Positions 27,831-39,481 of a stretch of 64,000 nucleotides of DNA are shown piece by piece (position 1 is the first letter of the stretch; every line of letters starts with the position of its first letter). This stretch comes from Azolla caroliniana (Eukaryota; Plantae; Polypodiophyta), in NCBI GenBank assembly GCA_043228905.1, contig JBHGNT010000013.1:16554001-16618000 (forward strand). Reading direction: 5' to 3'. The translations under genes were made by a program, and so were the position numbers. The notes beneath the pieces are model-generated. The model was not told the DNA's origin, made no database searches, and saw only the letters and a program-made list of their open reading frames with translations.

Positions 27831-28257
27831 TCTGGTATAGAAGAAATATGAGAATGATGTTTTCGGGAATCACACGTCCTTGCTTATCGCCCCCCTTATA
27901 TTAGTTAGGGGAAACATTTATTCTTGATTCCTTGCTTATCTCCTCCCTTATATTAGAAAACTCAGAATGATGCATCAGGGAAATCACTTATGATGTTGAA
28001 TACAGAAAATGCGCGAGTCATGAACAGAATCTGACTGGCTAATCCAACCCAATTTCCTCAAACATCGTCGATATCCACCATAAATGGAAAAAACCTCTCA
28101 ATGCCAAAATCACAATGAAGAGTTTTACCAGTTTCGGATGTAGACAGGATCATCTTGCAAATGTTGCTTGCATGCTGCAAATTCTATTTATTAGTCTAAA
28201 AAGTAAAAAACCTTTTTCCCATTGCCTTCATAAATTGTTATCCTCTCTCTTCATTGG

Positions 28258-30577
28258 TCATGTCCAGTGGAATCTTCTCTCATATAGACCCGTGACTTGA
28301 TCGGCAACAGCCCACATGATAGCTTGGCCAGGTGGTATCCTCATTAGTCTAGGTAATAATCCTCTCCACAATGCAATTAAGCCTTCCTCTTTGTAAATCA
28401 GTCCAATGGCATGGATCATTCCCTTATATTTAACCTTGCCTGATCCATCTCCAAATCTGTTTTGAGCCATCAATCTGGTCTTCACTACATCAAAAGGACC
28501 AGTGCAGAAGGGACCCACAAAGCCAGCTGAAAACCCTGATATCATTGATTGCCAAGGCTGAAGAACACTGCCATCTCCTTCGTGCTTATTCCATAGAAGA
28601 GTATCAAATGCATTTTTGGCTGTGAACATGGCTGCTTGGTTCACACCATTTCTCATCACAGTGGGGGCAGCACCTGCCCATAGACCTAGAAACCCTTCTT
28701 CCCTCATTATAGTTGCAGCACAATGGACAGGCCCTTTATATTTTAATGACTCCAGTACTAGACCCTGTTGCTGCTGGAGGCGAATCTTTACTACCTGTTT
28801 GAATGAACAAAGCGAAGTAAGACAGCTCAAAAACAGGAAAGGTAAGAGAAGAATGTGAAAAAAAAGCAATCTTACCTTATGGACATGTGCGTTTTTCACC
28901 CTTCACAGTCATCAAATTGCAGCAAGTAAGAATCACAGCCAGGAATAAAGAAAACAGGAAATAGGAATTCAAACATATGCAGTGTATTTATCTATATACC
29001 CAATGCCCCTCACAACCACTATGTACAATCTAAATCCAGGTAGACTTTTGCATGCATGAAAAACATGCCTATCTCAGAATCTTGTATAGGGTCACAATAA
29101 ACCTTGATTGAGAGATTTAGGTATCATTTGTTATGTTTACCATCATTGGAGGATTTAGCCATCCACTTGCTAATGTGGGCTCTCTCTAACATTACTAGAC
29201 AACATAATTGGGAGTCAATAAAAAGGCCATCCACAACATATTACTGTGGCCTACTTCTAGACTTACTTGTCATAATTCAAAGTCAATAATAAAGCCATTC
29301 ATATGCTACTGAGCATATTGACTCGTTAATAACTTCATAATTGTCTTCATGTTCAGAATTTGGATATTATCTGTTGTGTGCATTGCGCATGCATGCGACC
29401 TGGATTAGGATACAATAATTAAACATTCCACATGGTAATGGGCCTCTCTCTAGTTCAATTATTGACAACTAATAAAGGTGAATAACCTTGATTAATTTCA
29501 TTATCATGATCTTGATCCTCAAATCGATGCAATTGCAACCTCTAGCCTTATTATCACCTCTTCTTAACATGAAAATACTCTTGATTGATTTCAACATCCT
29601 CTTGACCCTAGCATCATACAAGTTCTTCGGAGCTTCAAGAAACTATATAAATTGAAGACTTTCAGAATTTGAGGAAACATTAGCTTCTTGGTAGTATATG
29701 CTCGTGCATAAAAGTCAAAGTCTCCCTTTAGGAATTTAAAAAATAAAATAAAATCATAGCGTATGATCATGCATGAACATCAAAGCTTTTCAGAACTTCA
29801 AGGTGCTTCAGCTTTTTGTAGCATATGAAAATGCATATAAATCAAAGTATTTCTTAATATGCTTCAGCTAATTTGTAGCATATGTCCATGCAGATAAATC
29901 AAATGCCTATCGGACCTTATACAAACTTCTGCCATTGTGACATATGCTCATATGGCACATATGTAAAACAGATGATGCTAAAAAGTTTAAGAATAACTAA
30001 AATTGCAAGCAAGAGAAGGGGATATACATCAGATATACTTTGTTTATTTGTACGCACCTAGAATGCCACAAATTCTAACAAATGCAAAAAAAGACTAAGA
30101 AAAAAAAAGCATACAGCATACCTCAAAAGGGGTGACAATCATAAGAGCTTCAAGTACCCCCGCTCCAAACCCAGCTATAAGCCTACCACCATGACTGATC
30201 ACTCCTGTATGGGGGTCTCTAAATAAGACTTGAAACAACGCATTTGAGCCCATCCGGAGTGTATACTTAAGGGTGAGATGTGTAGCAAAAGGGGTGAGAC
30301 CCTTCCAGAGAGCCTTTACACCTTCCTGTTGAGCTATCGACTTTCCACAATGCACTATCCCTTTGTATTGTCTGACAGTATCAAGCTGAAGCCTAGTCTT
30401 GATGACGTCAATAGGTTGTAGGCAGCATGCCTCCATGGCTCCTCCCAAGGAGCCTGATATGGCCTTCACATAAGCAGGTATCTCAGCATCCTTCTTCTTC
30501 CTTCCTGACGAAATAGATGGACTCTTCTTGGTAAGATCTAAAGTGATGGAAGAGGAGATGGAGACCTCTGAAGCCAT
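28258..30577 (-). CDS. SFC1: mitochondrial succinate-fumarate carrier (SLC25/MCF family); 2 coding exons
   Basis: Exons 30577-30122 and 28794-28258. Three Px(D/E)xx(K/R)xR-type signatures seen in part (PIDVIKTRLQ, PFEVVKIRLQ, PFDVVKTRLM); SFC1-typical KGLTPFATHLTLKYTLRMGS and RIPPGQAIMWAVADQ. 5' UTR intron ~30897-30581. Confidence 0.93.
28872..29302. repeat. dispersed repeat copy B, inside the SFC1 intron
   Basis: Diverged collinear copy of 22576-23005 in the same orientation. Confidence 0.8.
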
Positions 30578-30580
30578 GGC

Positions 30581-30616
30581 CTGTAAAAGAAATAAGAAAC
30601 ATCCAAAAACCCATCA

Positions 30617-30655
<39 letters not shown>

Positions 30656-30832
30656 TTCGTCACTCACTCTCTGAAAAAAGCATAAAAAAAACATCCAAAA
30701 AACCATAAAGATATAAGAAATATCCGAAAACCCATCATCACATCCACACACACACACTCACTCACTCCCTCACTCTCTGTAAAAGGCATAAGAAATATCC
30801 AAATAACCATCATCTTACACACACTCCCTCCC

Positions 30833-30864
<32 letters not shown>
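30581..30864. repeat. three diverged ~90-105 bp units with (CA)n and (CT)n microsatellites in the SFC1 leader intron
   Basis: ctgtaaaaga.ataagaaa.atcc.aaaacccatcatcaca-type units begin at 30581, 30671 and 30777. Confidence 0.85.
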
Positions 30865-30866
<2 letters not shown>

Positions 30867-32629
30867 AGACATAGTGAATCTAGGGTTTGGGGCTTACGGC
30901 TCCAGGAAGCAGCCTCTCTCCCTTCAATTCAAGACTGGATGATGATGAGGTTCATGCTTATAGCACACAGAGAGAAACAGAGACAGAGACAGAGAGACAG
31001 AGTTATATATAGATATTATATATATATATTAATATATACATATATTTATTTGTTTATTTGTTTATTTACTTAGAGACAGATAGGGGGGGGGGGGGGGGGT
31101 GGGCTCATGCATATATGTAGTTATATAAAGAAACAAGATTTAAAATGTTAGTTGAGAATCAATGTTTTTTTATCTCGGCCAACGAAAGCATGTCTCGTCT
31201 CTCAGGGAGTGACACCGGCAAAGAGCTTCTTGTCTCGTCTGGGAGTGGCTGTACCACCCCCCGCCCCCTCTTGGTCCGCTTGGAAAGACTCTGAGAGCGC
31301 ATCCAAACGCATTTCCTTAACAAGGGAGAGTCCCTCCGAGCCAAGAAACAGACACGAACCAACCTAATACACGGTGGAGCCCATTCCGGTTACGAAGCAC
31401 TTCACACTCGCTTTGATGCACGATGGGAATGTTGGTGCATGAGCAATGAGAAGTTGTTGATTCTGCACGATTTGCCCGAAACATGGCTTTGGCAGTTTTT
31501 TGGAGTATCGTAACATTGGTAGAAATGCTTTTTTGCCTGTGATGTTATCATCTACTTATGCCTTCCACACGTCTCTTCAATCAACCGTGATGGAATCCTC
31601 GTGCAATCACCTTCCGCAATTGCAACACTTTGTCAATAATGTTCTTGAATGTCAAAAGTCGCTACTCACTTTCACATGTAATACGTAGAAACACAAATAT
31701 TTTGGGTGTCATAGATTTGAATCTTATACTTCATGTTTGAGATGCTTGATTTAAATGAATGCTCCAACGTATAAGAGGAGGCGAAGGAATTGAATATACT
31801 CGATGGCATTTCAAAGGCTAAATGTTACAAGGGAAAGGGAGCATGGTTGTGACGGGAGCTCAAAATAGAGCCCACATTCTTCCAATTCCCTAATTGGTAG
31901 TTTAATGGGAATTACTGATGAAACACAATGATTTGAAGAACATAACTCCCTCCCTCAAATGCTTGCTCTCGCCTCGTACCTCAATTTACCCGCCCGTCAC
32001 TATCTCAAAAATGCTCATCAGACGGTCTCATCGATCTTGCGCCCATCCCTATGGTGCATGATCGCATCATATACACAAATATATGTTCCCACCCACAAAG
32101 CTCGTCTCGCAGGGCTTTGCACCACTATGGCAAAAGAGTGTGTTGCTCTAGTACAAATGTATCATTCTCAAGATGGATCCCATGGGCTTGTGCATTGTGT
32201 CCCTTGAATCATCTACGATAATTTTGCTCACTTAACAGACCTCTACAATCCCAGTCCTCTCGAGCAGCTCCGATATCTGGCATGCACCTCCCCTCCCCAC
32301 GTATGCTAGGTCAATTGCGCGGAAGAATCCAGGCAATTCCCGGCTTCCCCCGGATGCTTGTCATATCAAAGGCGGGTGTCCATCCCACTCTCAAAAATCA
32401 CATTGGGAATGCATGCATATCATCCATCCATCCATCCATCCATCCACATGGGCTGCATAATGCATTCATTCTCTTCTTTCTTCTTCTTCCTCCGTCTGAG
32501 TTAATTAAAAAGAATAAGAAGCCCCTGCCCTGTTCCGGAGAGGCTTAAACCCTAAAACTCAGAGAGGGTTTGCGCACACACACACACACACACTCTTACA
32601 CATCGTTGACTCCTTCCCTCCCTCCTTCC

Positions 32630-34669
32630 ATGGCTCTGCGAGGCGTTTGGCAGTTGAAGAAGCTCGTCGTCGCCTACTGTGACTTCTCCGGCAGCAGTCG
32701 TGGAACCAGGTCTTTCCCTTTTCATTCCTTCTGTTTGTTTGTTTGTGTGTATGTACATTCGTTGAGTTCCCACCCATCCCTGCTTTCTTGCTATTTATTA
32801 TCTCTATTTACTTCTTTGATCAAGCATCAATCCCATATGTCCAGCATGTGCCTCGATCTGTGGCTTAACTTGAAAAGTAGAGAGATTGATAGATTGATAG
32901 ATTTTAATGTTCACGGGAGACCGATTTTGATCTATGGGGTTGAACTTGTTTCGATCCCCTCAATGTTATGACTTTGATACTACTATGTAAAACCACCAAG
33001 CCAACGGCCAGAGAGAGATCTTAGTTCTACAGAAGACTAATTTTAATATATCCTCAAATGGATTGATTGTGCATTTATCCCGATGGCAGAGTATTTGTAA
33101 GGTCTGGTTTTCATATTACATTTAGCATCTTGAGTGATAAAGTTCATGTTTGATCATGAACCTGCCGGCAGAGTTATGTTGTTTTGTGCTATGGTATAGA
33201 AGAAAGATATTTGTTCTGCTATCTTCTGGAAGCTTTTGTTTGCATGTTGGCCGAGTTTTCTTTCGATACAGGGAGCACTATGGCAATAAAGATAAAGTAT
33301 CTTGTCATATATGAAATTGTTACGCACATTACCTGCAAATTCTAGCAATTTAGTTGGAAAATTATATATTTCGGTTGGATTGTGTTCCCTTGACTGATAG
33401 TTCTAATCATCAAGTTGAAATATGCAACAATTCTTTCAGAGAAAGTCTTACACAGGAAGAAATAGATAACAAAATAATACTCGAGTAACTTGGCAACCAC
33501 TTGGTGACTAGGTTACGTTTGGTAAAATAATTGTAGTCCAAGCCTGAAGAGGTGTTGTAAAGCAAGGTTGCAAGTCCTTGCGCATAAATATTTATATAGC
33601 CATGAATTTTGAATGGTCACAAGAGTTTATCATCAATTATGTGTTTCATCAAGGTACGCATGATGTTCTCTAGTCAAGCGAGAAATTGCTGCATAATTTT
33701 AAAATGCTGAAATACATGTGGAATGCAATAAATTTATTGGATGTCCATGAGGTACTGATAGTATTCTAGAAGAATGTAGAGTTTGGAGGCAATGCAATCT
33801 GTAGGATACGGAAAGATGTTCTAATATTTTGGTTTCAGCATCCAGTCTTAACTCCTTCAAAGAAACTTATTTAAAGAAAAACAAGAATACTGCACCACAG
33901 GCGAGAGAATCAAGCTGTCCTGGAGTTAATTGTGGCAATTAGATATTCTAAGTTAGACATTAGACTGGAGATTGGTCTTTTTACCTCCAAAGACATTCAA
34001 ATTAACACCCAAGTTTTCTTAAATGAAATCTTGACGGCTTCTGCTCAATGACTTTCATCATTAGAGTAAACTAAGACTCAAGTTTGTTGTGGCTTTTAAT
34101 AGTTTTCCTTTGACAATTCTGGATACATAAAATATGCTAATGTGATATTATGTTTTCAGAGAGTTCATGGAGAAACTGTTACCAGCTTTTAAAGAAAATA
34201 ATCCTCAACTAGAAGTAGAAACATTGCTTAATCGTGGACAACATCCTTGGCTAAAAGGCTTTTATGGTCTCTCTCTCTCTCTCTCTCTAACTCTCGTGGT
34301 TTATATTGTGGATCTCAAGAGGTATATGATACTGCGATCATGTTGTGTATTAGTGATCAAGTGTTGTGCATTAGTGGTCAATAATGTGGTGGTGGGGGAC
34401 ATATAAACTCATTCCAATTTGTTTGTAAATGGTTGTTTTACTGAAATTAGACTTGTCAGGGTCAAATAACACCGTTTTTTCTTGTGTTTGTAGTGAATCA
34501 CAGGGATAGGGTGGTGAGTATCAGGAATTTAGACCATGATGAGGTACTGCTGCAAGCAAATAGGCTAAGAAGCTGTGTCGGAAGAAAGGTCATCAAGCTA
34601 AGAACCCGGGTAATAACGCATTTCCCAAGTATACAGGGAACCTGGAAACCTGAACTTAGCCCACAATGA
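32630..34669 (+). CDS. MRPL43: mitochondrial ribosomal protein mL43 (L51/S25/CI-B8 domain); 3 exons
   Basis: Exons 32630-32709, 34160-34266, 34494-34669 give MALRGVWQLKKLVVAYCDFSGSSRGTREFMEKLLPAFKENNPQLEV...RGQHPWLKGFYVN...GRKVIKLRTRVITHFPSIQGTW. Telo-box AAACCCTAA at ~32548. Confidence 0.93.
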
Positions 34670-37600
34670 TTACTCAAAAATCAAGTTTTTTGGTCTTGAT
34701 AAATGGACCCTCACTTCAATTAATGAACTTATTTCTGTTATTCAACGCAATGTCTGCTAATGACAAAAAGTTTGGCAGACCTCATGAACCATTGTTATCA
34801 GTGATGCTTGTGAGATGGTTAAACATCAGGTTTCAATCCTTGATCAATGTATCTTTTCTTTTTAGAACTTTTAATCTGGTGTCATGAAAATATACATAAT
34901 GATCAATCTGTTGATAAATAGTTGAGCAAGGCTCTAGTTTGAGGTTAAATGTTTTTTGTATGAGAACAAATTTGCGATCCATACAAAGTAAGATCAGATT
35001 ACGTGGCTAGTGATCTGGATGTGTTGTGTCATGGATGAAAATGCAAATGCTATTTCTTGAATGAAAGCGCCATGATTCTTGTTTATGTATGAAGACACTG
35101 TAAATTTACAATCGAGCACATAATCAAGGTAGAGATCAAAAGAGTGAGTATGGAAATTTATTGTGACATCAGTTGAAAATGATTGAATAAAATGCTAGTT
35201 TTTTCATTGAGAAAGTCACTTTTTGACACCAGGAAGCTATTTATATCATTATGGTGGTATTAATAATTCCTTGTGATCCTAGCTTTTGTCTATTTTCTTT
35301 AGTTATTGCCTACTTCACATTATGTCGAGGCACATGGGTTTGAACAAGTGAATTTGCCTAGAGTACTCTTTTATCATAAACTTATTCAGAGGTCGAAATA
35401 AATTAGGAGAGGTATAGAAGACTTCCCTCAAAGCTGGCATCAATCTAAAACAATTAACAATGCTCTCAAATATGCTGCAAGAGCTCATTGTCTCATTGTT
35501 GTGCTTATACAATGATGTGAATGACAGTTTTGTAGAATTGTTGGTGTGCATGATTTGAAACTGAAAATTGCAATAGGAAAAGTTGCAAATCTCAATCTTT
35601 GCCACTAACAATATAAGAATCTCAACGATGTGTTGTAAATGTACATGAATGATTTATGGTGTCTAATTTCTTTGACAAGTGTATGATGGCAATGCCTTTG
35701 CATTTTGGTTAATATCACTTCCATTCTTTGTGTACACACATGTCAAATTGGAACCTGATGTGTTGAGCCCATACATTACTATTGCAGAGCACAAGCTTTA
35801 GAAATAATATATTTGACTAATCTATGTTCTCCTTGTGAGATGGTTGCATAAACTATATTAAAGAGCATGAGCTCATGATTTTGATGCATTGATGTGGCCT
35901 ATAGTGTAGGGAAAATGTATGCGTGGACATAAACAATGTCATCTTCCGTTTCATGTGAAAGCGCTTATTTGGTCGGTGGGTTACCTTTCGCAACATCTTT
36001 AAAATGTTGACACATTTAAGAAGTGACATGCTCTTTTGGTATAGTGATTGAGGGCACACCTTTGATACATGCTTAGTTGCTAAATCCATTAGCTTAATAT
36101 GTCACAACTTTGGGCATTGCTAATTCAGATAAGTTTGTTGTCCTTTCATTTAGTTTTCACTCAAAGGAACCAAATATTTAGCCTCCCGATCCTAAAACGT
36201 AGTGTATGACTATCTTAAGTACGAGGTTCTATAGTGTAATTGGAATATGAGCGATGGGTTTTTTTTATTATCACGTTGTTTTATTATATACATTACTTTT
36301 ACAAAAAAAGAGCCATATATATTTGAGGAAGGCAAAAAATGGAAGTAGTAAAAAAAAAAGTTTTAGTGCGTGTGTGCATGCGTGCTTCCTTATACACTCC
36401 AAATGTATGTGGGATAAGATGAGAGAAGTGTGACAACTATTCATGGGTCATCCATGGTTTTGAGAACCAAAATTGTCATGGTGGATAAATGGTCAGTTGT
36501 CTTGTAACTTGTAATGCTTGTCTTTTGTTACCTCTAACTCGTGGGAAAATCTTGGCGTGTTACAATAGGCAACAAAGATTAAATCTAGGGAAAAATATTG
36601 AAATATTGAAATCTTTTTCTAGAATATTGCCATGTACTAAACATTTAGTTCAAGAGACAAGTATTATGGTAAATACCCTTAACATCAAGGGTATGCTTTT
36701 GGTGTTTTACCATGAGATATATCATGTTATCGAGATGACAATAATTGCATGATTGAAATTTGAGCTCTAGTCTAGTTAAGCAAATAGAATAAGGAAATAA
36801 AAGGTGTCATCATAATTAAGTGCATTACAAATTGACAAAATGTCTTTTATGGTCCTCACATGCTTAGTCACATCATTAACAAAAACTAAAGTGTAATAAT
36901 GAATAAGAGAGAAAAAACGATGGTGCTTGGAAAGATCAACGAATATGTTTAAAGCATTACTATAACATTTAAAAAAATGATATTTCATGTTCTTTAAGAT
37001 CTATGAAGATATGCCATCACTAATTAGTCAAGCAACGCATAAAGGCTTCCATCAACAAAAGTAGCTTCCCATGGCATATGTTTAAAGTATCACCCTTGGT
37101 GGTCGAAAGATAAAATGAAAATACACTTCATCCTACTCTATGCTCAAATAAGATGAATACACGTGTCAGAGTAAGGCTTATTATGATCACTGAACCCTAT
37201 GATGGAAATCTCGAATCTTGATTTGCAGTTCCTTTAGTGCTACATAGAAGAGTATGATTAAAAAGGACATCCCATAATATAAATATACCATATATCATTA
37301 TTATTATATGTAAGATAAAATGAGAGTAGTGTAACATATGACGTCATCAAATTAATGGCAATGAACATGGTTTGAGATTCATACATCATTAAACAAACCA
37401 ATGACTTCATCGATGAAATTTAAATAATCAACATCAACAGTAGATTCGGAAGTTGCGATTGCCAACCTGAAGTAGCATCAAAAAGATCTTCATTCATGAT
37501 CGCAATTCGGATTCAAATAAAAGAATTAGTGCATTAGATAATTGTTGCGGGTCATTAGTTAAATAATTTAGTATTAACAGTCAAAAGCTTTCGACATACA

Positions 37601-38258
37601 CTTGGCACTACATACCTCATTTGCATATATCCAAAACATATTGACATTAATTATCATGCTTGCTTTATATAGTAATATAAATTGATGTCTATAATGAGCA
37701 AAGTTTTTATTAGCCATTTGTTGATTTTTAATACAACACAAGTTATATTATGCGTAAATTGTCCATTCAGATCTCGCAACATGCATTTCTAACAACATTT
37801 TTTCCATGTTAGAGATGGATTTGCAATGTTCTCCAATCCCAGAGACTCAAACACTTAAATGTGTGACACACAATCACAATTTAGAAAGATGAAAAGCATA
37901 AAAATGAAATAAATGAATATAGTGACAATGTTTTTTCCTAGTGAATGTGGCTTTTATACTTTTTCGTTTTTGTCGTTTCTCATACTTTAGGACAAGTTTA
38001 TCATTCGGTTTTGGCCCATCTTTAGAAGGATACAGTAAACCATATGATTAGTTTGCAGCAAACTAGGGTTTGAGCCACATAGATTTTTTTGGTCCACAAA
38101 GTCTTGTTGAATTTACCTTACCTTACAAGTCTCTATCATGGTGGGAATTATTAGATTTTGATGAGTTTTTCTTCACTCTTATTGAAAAGCAGGTAGATTC
38201 TAGAGCTAAAACTCTTGTATCTCAAGGACAATGTGAATGCCCCTCTCACTCCTGTGAT

Positions 38259-38484
38259 TTTACACATGAAATGTTTGTAATGTTGTTTAAAAAAATGTGC
38301 TTACTATATGTAATGGTTTTGTCACACTTGTTATGTTGCAACACGTGGACCGCCTAAAGGCCACAAACTACTTTACACATGAAATGATTGTAATGTTGTT
38401 AAAAAAATGTGCTTACTATATGTAATGGTTTTGTCACACTTGTTATGTTACAACATGTGGCTCGCCTGAAGGCCACAAACTACC
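38259..38484. repeat. tandem duplication, 2 x 113 bp
   Basis: tttacacatgaaatg.ttgtaatgttgtt...ggccacaaactac at 38259 and 38372. Confidence 0.92.
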
Positions 38485-39353
38485 ATATAATCTACAAGTG
38501 TTTGAAAGGTGAGTGATATTCTTAACATGCCATGAAATCATTTTGAAATATCTTCAACAAAATATGAACGGGAATACACTTTATCCACTCTCCATGAGCA
38601 CATTTGGAAAAGTCTAGCATCACAAATTAACTTCTTATAAAAATTGTTTATAAGGCTTACTCCTATGTTGCACAAAAAGAGGTTTTTAGGTAGTCAAGGA
38701 AGCGATGTTTGTATCAATTAAGCAATTGCATATTGTTTCCTTGTGAATATATTTTGTATAGCTTTTCAATTAGTTCATAAATTTATAATGGTTTTCCATA
38801 TATTTATTGTGAATGTAGGACAAAGAACCCATGTTAGTAGGGAACTCTTGTCTTGCCTATGTTGCTCATGCCCCCAACATCATATTCCCTAAAACCATAA
38901 ATTAAAGAGGGGTAGAAAGAATTGGTATGAGGTAAACCTTATAGGAAAAGCCTATCAATTTTCCTAATAATAAGAAACAACAAAACTATGGTTGAACAAT
39001 TAGGTACTTGTAAATGTTGTCTCTAATTAATCTGATTCTTATTAAGTAGCCTTTTGACAATATATGGCATCTCCATTTGCCTAAAACGATGCGTCATCAA
39101 CACATTAACGGGTTCTTTTGGATTTAGTTCTTAGGAAACATCAGGAAATAAGTTACACATCTTGCCTATATTATCCCACTTGCATAAGGGTGAGAATGAA
39201 ATGCACATGTCTAGTATGGTCTAGAAGGCCAGCATGCATTGGCCAAGAAAGAGAAGGTTCCACCACAAACAAGAGAAACATTAAATATTTGCAAAAGAAT
39301 GAAGAATGACACAATTAGATGGATAAATACAAGAAGAGAAACTCACCAACAAT

Positions 39354-39481
39354 GTTGAACTTGAATGTTGGACCAATGCCCATAGGCTTGTTTGTATAAG
39401 TGTGAGATACTTATATGGTTCAACATTCGTTCCAATGCCAAATATCAAGTCTTTAGGCATTGGTCAACATTTAGGTTCAAT
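39354..39481. repeat. imperfect inverted repeat (hairpin) with ~36-bp arms
   Basis: gttgaacttgaatgttggaccaatgcccataggcttg versus the reverse complement of caagtctttaggcattggtcaacatttaggttcaat. Confidence 0.75.

Noticed and set aside
32010-32035. CTGATGAG hammerhead core on the minus strand
   Set aside because: No correctly placed stem II-GAAA or NUH cleavage arm.
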